Part shown: positions 35,601-47,600 of the stretch, one piece after another
How positions within the stretch are numbered: position 1 is the stretch's first letter
How the letters are laid out: every line of letters starts with the position of its first letter
Origin: Amphiscolops sp. MND2022
Lineage: Eukaryota
Reading direction: 5' to 3'
DNA length: 64,000 nucleotides
Assembly (NCBI GenBank): GCA_964187785.1
Contig: OZ076412.1
Location: forward strand, 23,126,001 to 23,190,000
The notes under the pieces: generated by a model
The model's database searches: none
What the model was told of the DNA's origin: nothing
Seen by the model: only the letters and a program-made list of their open reading frames with translations
Translations under genes and position numbers: made by a program

Positions 35601-38600
35601 GTATTGAATAAATTCATTCTTTCAATTTTGTTTTTTTTTTCTCTTAAAACATCTAATTGCCAACGCTGTTAGTTTTGAGAATAAAATCGATTTTTAGTCG
35701 GCGCTTCATGAAGTGAAACGCGACTATTATAGTGACTCTTTTTTTTTCTATCCACACGAACTGACCAAAATAGTTCTTAAAAGTTCTACAAAATATTATG
35801 GTGTCAAATAGCACCATTTGGCCTAGCGAACTGGACCAAAATGGTTTTACCTGTTTTTCCGCGTAACATATCATACCGGGCGAGACCAAAGAGTCCCCCC
35901 TTTCAATTTTTTTCGGCACTGCGAGACATTTTTTTCGGATTTTTTTTCGAAATTTTTTTCCTCAGAGGGTCCCCCTGCATTTTTTTTGATGTTTTGCGAC
36001 AGAATGGATGTTGGAAAATCCCAAAAAGTTCCTTTCAGTTTTTTTCGGCATTGCGAGATTTTCTCCCGAAAAGAAAAAAATTTTTTTTTCTTCATTTTTT
36101 TCATGTTTTGCGACAGAATGGATGTTGAAAAACCTCAAAGGGTCCCCCTTTTCAGTTTTTCGGCATTGTGAGACTTTAGCGCGCCAGGGGCTCGCGCTAG
36201 CGGGCCCCGGCGCGCCATTCGGTCCATTTTTTAGTATGTAATTTTTTCAAAAAAAATTTTTCGAAAAATTTTCGATTTTCGACTACTGTAAACGAATACT
36301 TGACACTTGGAAGTCTTTTTGCTATTTTTGAGCCTTGGATATGGCGCCGACTTGGGCCGGTCCCGGCTTGTTAGAGTTTCTTTTTGGTATCCTGGTGTAT
36401 ATGGATTTTAATAGTTTCTTTTGGAGTGATCGATTTGTGCCTCGAGAAATGTGGAGGTCTCAAGTCGTAATGACCATCGAAGTTATTGCATAAGGTGGAA
36501 TATTTTTTGGAAAATTTCTGGGTAACCAGGATAATTATAGTAACGCCGCCAAATAAACTTTTATTACACTTGCGATAAGCAAGTGTTATGGGAAAGTGTG
36601 GGTGCTTTTTTTTTCTGCGCGACAACTCTCTCGTTTCAGACCGCAAGTCGCATAGTCTGATTTTGTGGCCGTGCAAGTCGCAACTTCTGGCACTTGACAT
36701 AGAGGTTAATTAGGATTTTTTGAGCTCTGCCAAGCAGAAGGACGTGGGTTCGAGTCTCGCCCTTGACCAAAATTTTTTGTGCATGTTATTTCGGGTTTTT
36801 GACTTTTTTTCGCAATTTTTTTTCATGTCACCAATGATTCCTCCCTTCATTTTTTTGGTATTTTGCAACAGAACGAATGTTAAAAAAACCCAAAGGGTCC
36901 CTTCTTTGAGATTTTTCAGCACTATGAGACTGTTGAAAATTCTCATTTTTTGTTTTGTCAAAATTTTTCGAGTCTCGCTTCAATTTTTTGAGATTTTGCA
37001 ACAGAATGGATGTTTAAAAAATCTCAAAGTGCCCCCCTTTTACAGTTTTCGGCATTGTGAGATTTTTTAATTCGAATAATTTTTGTCTTAAAATTAGGTT
37101 TTCTCAGGCCCAGCACGCTATATCCGGTTTTCGTGTTTTTTAAAGACAGGTGTTTCTTCTGTGCGACTTTTTAAAAATTTGTTTTCATCGAAGCCCCCCT
37201 CAATTTTTACTAGAAACGAAACGTTTTGCGAGCATAAATCACTGCTCAAGGTTTTTGGCACTATGCGACTTGCCGGAGACCTTCATCAAAAAAATTTTCG
37301 AAAAATTTCGTATTTTTTTTCTCAATTTTCTGTTTTTTTTATAAGGTTTACGGTTGAGAAAGATGGGTTTACTGTTGTTTCCAGTTGGAGAAGAATTGTT
37401 TTCGAGATTTATGGGTATCCCTTCGGGATTTTTTGGCGCTGTAAAATTGATGAAATTTTAACAATAATGTCCTTTTACCCTTGGATCTCCGTATGATATT
37501 GCTTATTTGGGTTTCTTCAAAAGTTCGCAACTTTCTTCGCAAGTGTTTGCGAAGCATGGCTTCACCTCTGTGTCAAAATATTGTTACCGGTTGCTCTACT
37601 CAACTAATTAATCGTTCGCTGAGAGCTTTTGAGGAGATGAATGCAATTGTTGATTCAACTTTTTCCAGTCCATATTCTATTGTCAATTAACACGATTACC
37701 AGAAATTTCGTCGTCAGAAATTTTGTCGTCGGTAATAACGTTCTATAAAACTCGCATTGTAGCGTATCTATTAGGAACCGTCTTTCATCATTGAGTCTAC
37801 TCATCTCAATAATTTTCGTCAATTGTGCAATAAGCGCTATCATTGACTACGTTTATGGTTTTGAGAGAAAAGTTTCCCAAACAAAATATAGCTACTGGAA
37901 AGGAAATGAGTTTTTTAACATAGGTTAACATTACTTCTACGTCCATTCAAATCTTTTGTGCAACCCCTAGTTGAAACTGCAGGAACTTTTTACATGCTGC
38001 AGGCCTGCATGCAGGGTAATGTTTTATAAAACTTGGAAAAATTCAGTGAACTTCGGGTGGTAAATCATGTACGAATACGCTACATTTTCCACTAGTGCAA
38101 TTAAATTTGAAAATAAATTCTTTCACATTATCGGCACGATCGCCTTGTGTTCACAATTTGTTTCCTCAACTACTCATCTGATATGATCACCGCTTCTCAA
38201 ATAGCGCGCTGAACATGACGCTAATTTGCAGTTTATTACGCGACTGAAGTTATTTTGCATTAAATTAGCGGTAAAATAGATAGCAACTTATTTGCTTTTA
38301 AAATTATAACTGCTGCTTGAAACCTGCAAAATTTCAAGGCTTTACATTGCCGCCAAAACTTTGATGAATCTTTCAAGCAGCTTGATAAAAGTTGAATACA
38401 ATAGGGAAATTTTTTCGCATTACGGTTTCCGTAAGAGCTTTAGAATATCATAAAAATTTCTGGCAGCATGCAAAAAGTTCAAGCAGTTTCAACAAGGGAG
38501 TTTTGAACATTTTTTTGGAACTTGGCTTGTAAAATAGTTCAGGTCTAAAAATATGCCGTTGCTCAATAAGCGTCGTGATGCGTTGAGTGAATGCATTTAA

Positions 38601-41600
38601 CTTTTTGACTTAATTTCTGTGCTTGCTCATAAGATCTCATTTGGATAAATAATCAATTGAATAATTAAAATGATACCTTTTCGTGAACGCTTTTAATTCT
38701 AATCAATGCGACGAAATTTTTGACGACAAAATTTCCGCTTCCCATGTAACACAATGTCCTAGTAGCAAGTGTCCAGGCACTCTGTATTTTAATGAGGATG
38801 GAAAAATTTTAGTTCTTTTTATTAAAAAATGCTTTTTTTAAAATTGAGTTACAAAGCTCATGATTCATGATTAGGATATTTTTAGACAAATTACTAAATT
38901 CGCAAAATTCGAAATTCGAAAATGTTGTTGAGGAATTTGTTTGGAATTAGCAGAATAGCTTCCAGAAATTTTAAAATTCGATTCTATTCGGAAAACTAAT
39001 GTGAAATACGTATATGAACTTTTTGAAACTTATTTGCCATTTTTTATAGTCGCATGAATATAAGTGAGCACCCAAGTTGCCCATTTTCATGAAAAAGGAA
39101 AACCCATCTAGGGAATTACGCAACTTTAAAGTGCCCCTGAAATTAGCGCCAAATTGTTGATGTAATCTGTGTTTGGTGTTAGGGCTGAAGCAATCAAGAG
39201 GTCATTTGTGCCCCCTGCCAAAGTTGTTAGCATGGAGTCCAAGAAAGTGCTGGTGTTGGGAGCTGGATACGTGGCCCCTTCCTGTGTTGAGTGTCTGGCC
39301 AGAGAAGACGGACTGGGTATGTTTTTCTGGACTCAACTTCACCGTACCTGCTCACTCGTCTTTGTTTTAACTGCGAAGATAACTGTTGTAACTAAATGGT
39401 GAATAGTGTAAATGTAAAAATTATGGTTGTTTTCTGCTTTTCAAAAACAGTAGTCTTTGCGATAGAACACATCGCTGTAGTTTTTCGTCCCTATTGTCTT
39501 TCGAATCTACGTTAATTTACCTTTTGACACTTTGCCGTTTGATGTTTTGTCCTGATACCTTCGTTGAAACCTCGTGTTGAAGCTGTGTCATTCGATATGA
39601 ATTTCTATTGCCCACAGGAGTGACTGTGGTGTCAGCAATCGAGCGAGAGGCGGAGGTGATTGCGAAAAAGTTCCCGCAATGTGTCGCTTACGAACTAGAC
39701 GTGGAAAAGTCTCCCGAGGAGTTGAACTCTCTGGTCAAAAACCACGATGTCGTCGTCAGGTACATAAAGCACTTCATATGTCTTCTTGTTCATATAACAC
39801 TATCCATCAATCACAAGCTCTGAATTTGACAACTTGAAAAACTTGGTCAGAAACTTTTTGAAAGCTAAGTCAAGCGAATGCAGACTTCATTTATTAATAA
39901 CTTTAATTGATTTTGAGTTCGAACAGAAATTCGAGAAGTGAATTTAGGGGGTGAAAAATTTCGGAGAGAGTTAAAAGTTGAGTAAAATTGAAAAATTTCA
40001 ATAAAAGTACTTTTAGAGACCGTATTTTGAGACTGTCTGTTCCGAATTCGGCACACCCCCTGAATATTTGCTCGTTCTAAGGTGAGCTCGTCACACCCCG
40101 ATTACAAAAGGTGATCTAATTTTGCTTGAGTTTCCAACGATCCTACCCGCTGCCTCATTTTCGAGGATCACTTTTACGGAATTTACCGTGAAAGTTATTG
40201 CGATCCAGAAATGTTCGTTACAATTGTATTTTGGCGTGTTTGTTCAATCCCATGCCTTGAAAAGTTATGGAAGTTTCGGGCAATGACCGATTTTTGCCCG
40301 AACGTTATTAATACTTTTGCGTAAGTTGAAACGTTTTTCATATTTTTGCGTAAGCTGAATATTATAAAAACCGTAACTGTTAGTTTCTAGTCGGCGTTTT
40401 CGAAGAGAGTGGCTAGTTTTTTTTCGTCAGTTCAACGCGATCGGTCCTTATTTTTGTGCATTATGCACTTTTACCATATGTACTTAGTACTTCATTTTCA
40501 ACGCATCCGAAGCCTCTAACATGAGATAAAAAGCCATTCCAAAACAGAAGAGTCCACTTTTTTCGACACTATGAGACTGTTCAAATTTCTGTTTTTTCCG
40601 TAATTTTTTTATTGCTCCCCCCATCAATTTTTTGATTTTTTTTTGCAACAGAATGGATGTTCAAAAAATCCCAAAGGGTCCCCCCTATTACATTTTTAGG
40701 CACTATGCGACTTACCGGAGACCAAAAAAATTCGTTTTTTTTCAATTTTTTTCCTCACGCGGGTACTGTAGAAGAGAATACTTGACACTGAAGTCCTTTT
40801 GCTATTTTTGAGCCTTATATATGGCGCCGACTTGGGCCGTTCCCGGCTTGTTACTTTTAAACGTAACCTACAAAACCGGACGGGACTAAAGGGTCCCCCC
40901 TTTCGAGTTTTTTTTGAAAATATTTCAATGTCCTCAAAAGATTCCCCCTTCGAGTTTTTTGTTTGCAACAGAATGAATGTTTATAAATCAAGAATGGTCC
41001 CCCATTTTACATTTTTCGGCACTATGCGACATTTTTTATTCTTTCTGGGATAGCAGGAATGTTATTGAAATCTAAGTAAGTTTTTCAAAAAAAATGTTTT
41101 GAGCCTTAGATATAGCGCCGACTTTAGACGTTCTCGTCTTGTTTTCCTTCAGACTACAATCCTCACACTGATCGGTCCACTTTTTAGGAACAATCCTGAA
41201 ACCACCTAAGGCCAAGTCCGGCCAAGGCAAACTTAGTCCAAAGGGTTTTTTCTCGCAGCAGGTAGAGCTTTTATTGAAATCAAGCAAAGGAGGGTTAATT
41301 ATTCGTACACCGACAGCTTCACCTGCATTCAAATACGAATGCGAAACACCATATACGCTTTGTTGTATTGTTCAAGTAACAAAGCTTGCAGTCCAAGATT
41401 TGTCCAACATTTTCATAAATAGGAGTTGGAAAAAAATTTCGACTACTTATGCAGTCGTATCTTTTTTCTCCCGACCTTTCAATGAAAATTTCAAATTTGT
41501 CAAAAACTGTCTATACGATTTCAATAAAATTTTGCAGTCATTCTACACCCAAAAGTGCTCCTGCGTGTGCAGTGGCATCAAAATCGTATGACTGGGATGT

Positions 41601-44600
41601 GAGAAACATAGCCAAAATTAATCCAAAAATGACCAAAAAGCGGCCATTTTGGACTTTTTCGATTTTCTCATACTCTTTACGGTTTAAAAGATTTTTATGG
41701 AGTCTTTCTTCACCATATAAGCGAGTCAGAAGGAAAAAGACCTAATCCGACTTCTTTGCCGCACATGCGGCTCTGGTTGTTAAATCACGTTTTTGGTTTG
41801 AGGAAAGAAATACTGCTCATTTTAATGTTAGCGTTTGCAATCAAAGGCGGTGTAAACTATTGTTCTTTTCTGTTCATTTTTGGATAATTTTTGCAAGCAT
41901 AGTAGAATGTTGGTTTTGTGCGAGACTCGTACCCACGTACTCCTCCTGCTTCTCAGACCTCGTCTTTACGAAATCCGATTTACCCTCTAGGCCAAGTGGC
42001 TGTAAGAAGTGACTAAGTTACATTTACACAAATGCTTATAGAAATCTGTCACTTCGCTGGTCCTTAAAAAGCCACTACCACAGTCGGCCTTTTCTATCGA
42101 AAACGCAGACTAAAGACCCGACCTTTCCACCAGATCTTAGAGGAGTTATCACTCAGTGTGCGGTATTATAGTTTGTTGCCCTGGACGCTGCACGGAAAAG
42201 TGGCCGAGTCGTGTGTGGCTAATGGGGCGCACATGGTTACTACCAGCTACATGAACCCCTCGCTCGAAGTGTACGACGAAAGGTTCAAGGCAGCCGGACT
42301 CAGTGCCGTCATGGAGGTCGGCCTGGATCCAGGCATCGACCATCTGCTGGCATTGGAAGCTATTGACCATATCAAGAGCCAGGGACACAAGGTGAGCTCC
42401 ACATTACTGTTTGCTTTTGTGTTCGTTTTTCATTTCATGAAATTTTTTGAAAGTTCAAGAATATTTTGTTAAATCTTTAAAAAACCCCGAATACCAACTG
42501 TTTGGAAAAACTTTATTGAATTAAGTTTTGTTTAAAGGGATATATATGTCGCAGTGTCTATTTGATGCAATTTCAAACTCATACAAAGGTGGAAAATAAT
42601 GGATTTTCAAATCCCATGTTCTTGTGCAAGAGGCTTAATGGCGATACGTGAAATTTTATTGGTGGATAAATTGAGGAATCATCTAAAACCATTATTTAGT
42701 TCAATGATGAATTTGTGCCATATTTTTTGCTCGTGTTTCCAATGAGGCTGAATTTCTATCCAGTGGTGAGGAAGTTTACATTGTGTTTTGTAGATAGTGT
42801 CGTTTACCTCTGTGTGTGGTGGTTTGCCTGCCCCTGAAGTCTCCAACAACCCCCTGAAATACAGATTCAGCTGGAGTCCCAAAGGAGTCTTCCTCGCAGC
42901 CAACAGCCCGGCCAAGTTCCTACAGGATGGACAAGTCATCGAGGTTAGCCCTTTTGTTGTTCACGACTGTGGATATCTGCTGGCAAAGTAGTGCCAAACT
43001 TTGTGCTTGGCCTCAGTCAATTCATATCGTCAATCTTAGTGCAAAACTTGGCATCTTCTGAATGAGTAACCTGATATCCTACCCCGATACTACAATGGGC
43101 AAAATTAGGAGGAACCACTCTATTTGAAAATTTAGCATGCTTTTTCGCTTTGATTAAATATCACTGGTGAAAGTGCGAATTACCTGCGCCTAATACTTCA
43201 CGATTACGTCATGATTTTGCGCAATAATCATGACATTGCGATTATGCAAGGATGTTAATTATAAATAACATGTTATTTAACAGGGTTATAAATAACACGT
43301 GTTATTTTTTTTTAAACATATTTAACAATAAATTTCTAACATTTCCATTGTTTTGTTGTTTTGTGTTCGTGTCCTATGTTCCGCATTCGTTTGTCTATAC
43401 TAACATATGTTTTCAGGTTTTGTTATGGGGCGCCGTAAGAATGAAGTTTGGGGTTCCTTCAATGAAGTGAGAGTTGATGTAAAAAATGCGAGGAAACTGT
43501 GGTGAACAATCCAGAAAGATTGAAATCTCACTTGACTAAATGCACTGCCGACGGCCAACCACAGGCAAAGAAAATGGTGCAATCTGTTTTATCCACTGTT
43601 AACCCAACAAAACAACACGAAGTTGATATGCAAGTTTTGCGCTATTTGATTGCATCAAATACCCCGTTTCTCCAAGTTTTTTTGTCCGATGTTGTACCCG
43701 CCGCCAATTTGCTAGATTCTCGATATTATGGCGAAAAACTGAACCCAGTTGAAACAAAACAAGCGATTGATTATGTCAAAACAGCGAAACCAGATTGCCT
43801 GCCTAGTTTGATGAAGTATGTTGCCAAAGAGCCGCCTTACAGTCTTTCGGGTGAAGAGTTTCTTGCATCCACTCCAACATCGTGGTGGGCTGCAGGAACG
43901 AAACTGGGCTTTTGCCCAATTTTGGCTGAAATCGCCCTATCCATCGTATCGTCTGTCCCTGCGAGTGCCGGCTTGGAGAGGCATTTTTCAACACTTGGGT
44001 TGACGTACGGGAAGTTAAGAACCCAACTCGGTGTTGAAAAAGCTGGAAAACTTGCTTTTCTATACAAACAATTGAATGCAAAATAGGAAAATTTGTGATT
44101 ATTTTTTGAAAAAAATAATTAACAATTTAACCTGTTATTTTCGTTTTTAACATGTTAGTTTGTTATTTATGATAAAGAACTTACAAATTAACAACCCTGC
44201 GATTATGTGAAGATCTTAAGATTGGTGTGCAGTTAAACGGTGTTCCATTAGGTTATCTCTTCATTAAACTCGAAGGTGTTATTTAGTGGTCTAAAGGTCA
44301 TTACACTCAACTCCGCTTATAACGATTGCCCTGGGACCGGTGTTTTTTAGTCGTTATATCCGAATATCGTTATAGGCGAAAATCGTTATATACTAGCATC
44401 GTGGCCGGGACTGTGAAACTCTATCGCTATAACCGGAATATCGTTATAAACGTAATCGTTATAAACGGAGGTCACTCTAATGAGTTTTCTTGTTTTGTTC
44501 TATTTTTAACCCCATTGTTTTTATGTAGACCTCGTCTCAAGGGGGAGTGTTCGACTACACTCGTCCAGTGGACATCTTCCCGGGTCTGCGACTAGAGATG

Positions 44601-47600
44601 TTCCCCAACAGAGACTCACTGCCGTACGTGGAGGAATACGGACTGGAAACATGCCACTCTTTCTACAGGGGCACTCTGAGGTAGAACTGACTTTCACTCT
44701 ACTGAGGCTTACATTTGAAGCAGTGATTTGACGTGTATAAAAATTTCCGGTACTCGTCATTTTAAGTATAACATTCAAATATTCGTGTATATAACGGTAG
44801 GTATTTGGAGATACTAGAGTACCGTAAACGGTATTTTTAAAAAACCTTTTTATATATATTTACTTAAAATATTCTTAATGAAGAAAAATGCAAGAGCAGA
44901 GATGCTTAAATTCAAAAAGCAATCTTGGCCAATTTTCCCAAAGTTTCGGGCTTTGTTTTATTACGGCTATTGGAAGTCCTCAAGCGACAAGCTAAATAGT
45001 CTTTCAATAGCAGCAGATGAAGCCGGGCAAATTAAAATTTCCAAAACTTTATGTATAAATTCAGGACATTCGGAAAAATAAGAAATATTTGCCCAATACA
45101 TTTACACGCTTTCCAATAATTTATAATACAGACAGAACTTGCACGGTATTGTAGAAAACAATCGTGTATGTATTCTCTTGTATTTTCAACTGAATACTCG
45201 AGTAACGGTGCAAGCTACGGTAATACACGTTAAATCACTGATTTGAAGTCTCCTGTACTTGATATGATCTGCGCTCTGGTTCTTTTTTCCTCCTTGAATT
45301 TTTAATAAGGACCGAGCGGTACGAAACCAGGTTTGTTAGCAATGAGTGATGTTTACCCATTTTTTAACGGGAAGGCCAATCTAAAATTAAGGATTAGAAG
45401 TAGTGTCGTCGCGCTACAAGCTACAGAGCCTTCATGCAGTGTCAATAACGGTCCATTAAAAATATATGGGAAAAACTTTAGCAAGTGGAGGACCAATTTT
45501 AAACTGAAACATCAAACCAGGATGAATCATGACAGTCTTCTCTCGAGCACAGGGTAGAAATACAATTTTTCAATCAATTGTGAAGTAAGCAGTTCCCTGG
45601 GTTGTTTGGAATGACATCTGCCTTTAGTTTATAAGTTCTAAAGTTGTAATAGGGATTGTCTGTCAGCCGTTCATCCAACACCAAATGCTGTTTTTTTTTC
45701 AATTTTGCTACTTTCTCTTCACATTTCTAAATACACCACATTTGCTGTACGTAATATTGTTCTGACATGATCGAAATTTGAATTCTAAGATCTGAAATGT
45801 TGAAGTAAAGAGCTGTGGATTTGATTTGTTTGTGTTTCAGGTACAAAGGATATAGCGAAGTCGTACAGGCCTTCTTCAAGCTAGGGTTGCTAAGTCTTGA
45901 CAATCAGAGTTTTCTGCACCCCGATTCCAAGCCCATCAGTTGGGTTAGTAGTTTTGTTCACACAATGTCAAAAATGATCTCCGAGATCTGTCTAAATCAC
46001 TTAAATGCTTTTTACTCATTTAAATGCTTTTTTTCAACTCTTATTTTTCAGTCAATTATCATTCACAAAGAGTCGTGGAACGTTATTTAAAATCAGTGTT
46101 TTGACATCACTAATGTTTTTGCTAATCGCTAATCCGCTAATTTCAAAATCGCTATTTCGTTTGTACTACGGTAGTTTTGAATTTGAACGTTCTATTAGTT
46201 ATCGCTTATTTGAATTGCTAATTAAAACGCTGAAAAGTTCCTGCTCCGTCGCGTATTCTCCCAGTCACTAATTAGCGGTGTAAAAACTGGCTAAAATGCG
46301 ATATATTTTTCAGTACTAGTGTATCCCATTTCAAAAGAAACGAGACTTCTGAACCTCTAATCACGACAGACATTTATTGTCAGAAAGGAGCCCTTAAAAT
46401 TGCAGGGAAATGTAAAGAAACCTTTGAGCAAAAACAACGCCTAGTACATGTACTTTTCTGACTAAATTATCTCAACTAGTGTGTGGAAATTTGAATGACG
46501 CGTTTGTTGGCAGCACGAAGTGATGTGCAACCTGCTGAAAGCCAATCTCTCCACTTCCGAAGAGGGACTGAAAGAGATCCTGAAGAAGTACGGCATCAGT
46601 GACTCCGTCTACTCTGCAATCAGAGACATGGGCCTGATCTCCAGAGACGACTTGGCTCCCCTTCTGGACACTCCGTGCGACTCTTTGTCTGCTGCCCTAG
46701 CCCAGAAATACACTTTCAGTTAGTCTGCAAATCGAATGTTTTTAGTAGTAGGCGAGTTCTGAAAGAATGCGAGTGTCGAACCGTGGCTAGTTGTTCTCCG
46801 GTTATGTGACACTTCGTCCTATGCAACTTCAACCGCTCACAACTTCACTGTATTCCATTTTCAACCTTCCACAATTTCGATCTTAAGTAATTTCGGCTAT
46901 TTAGTCCTAATTCGGTTGAATTATTTCAGTACACTAGTTAGCAATGAATCAAACAGCCTTAATAATGGTAATTAATCATCAGTAGGGCCAGGCAAAAGTC
47001 ACTAAAGTCAAAAGCGTCAAAATTTACATGTATTGGTTAATAAGTTCAAATTTGCATCGCTGCAGTCAGTTGACGCACGGTGTCTGGTTGAAATATTGAA
47101 AATAACACCAATTTAGAACGTTTTTATAATATTTCCAGTTTCTTTCTTATCACGAAGCTTGTATAAAACTAATTTATCACTGTTACAACTAACTTGTTCG
47201 ACTCAAGCTTTGAAATACATGCTTTAAATGCCTCGTATTGCCAATTCTCCTTCACAAAAAGCTAAAGCAAGTCACGAAAAATATCCATCTGAGTTTGGAT
47301 TTTTGTTAATCTCGAAAATGATGGTTGATATATTCTCTTTAAAGTTGGAATAAGGTTAAAAAATGTGTTTTAAGGTCAAAAACACACTGTGAAATGTCAA
47401 AACTTATTGCGCCATAACAATTTTTAAGATCAAAATTTGCCTGGCCCTAATGATCAGGAAGCCCCAACGTTTCAAAACTGGCGTAAAAATAAGCACATTT
47501 GAATTTAGAAAAGTCTGTAGATGGAAACCACCTAAAATAGTTATATGACTAATTATGATCCATTAGCCAAAATTAGTTTAGGTCAAAATTGCGGAAGGTT

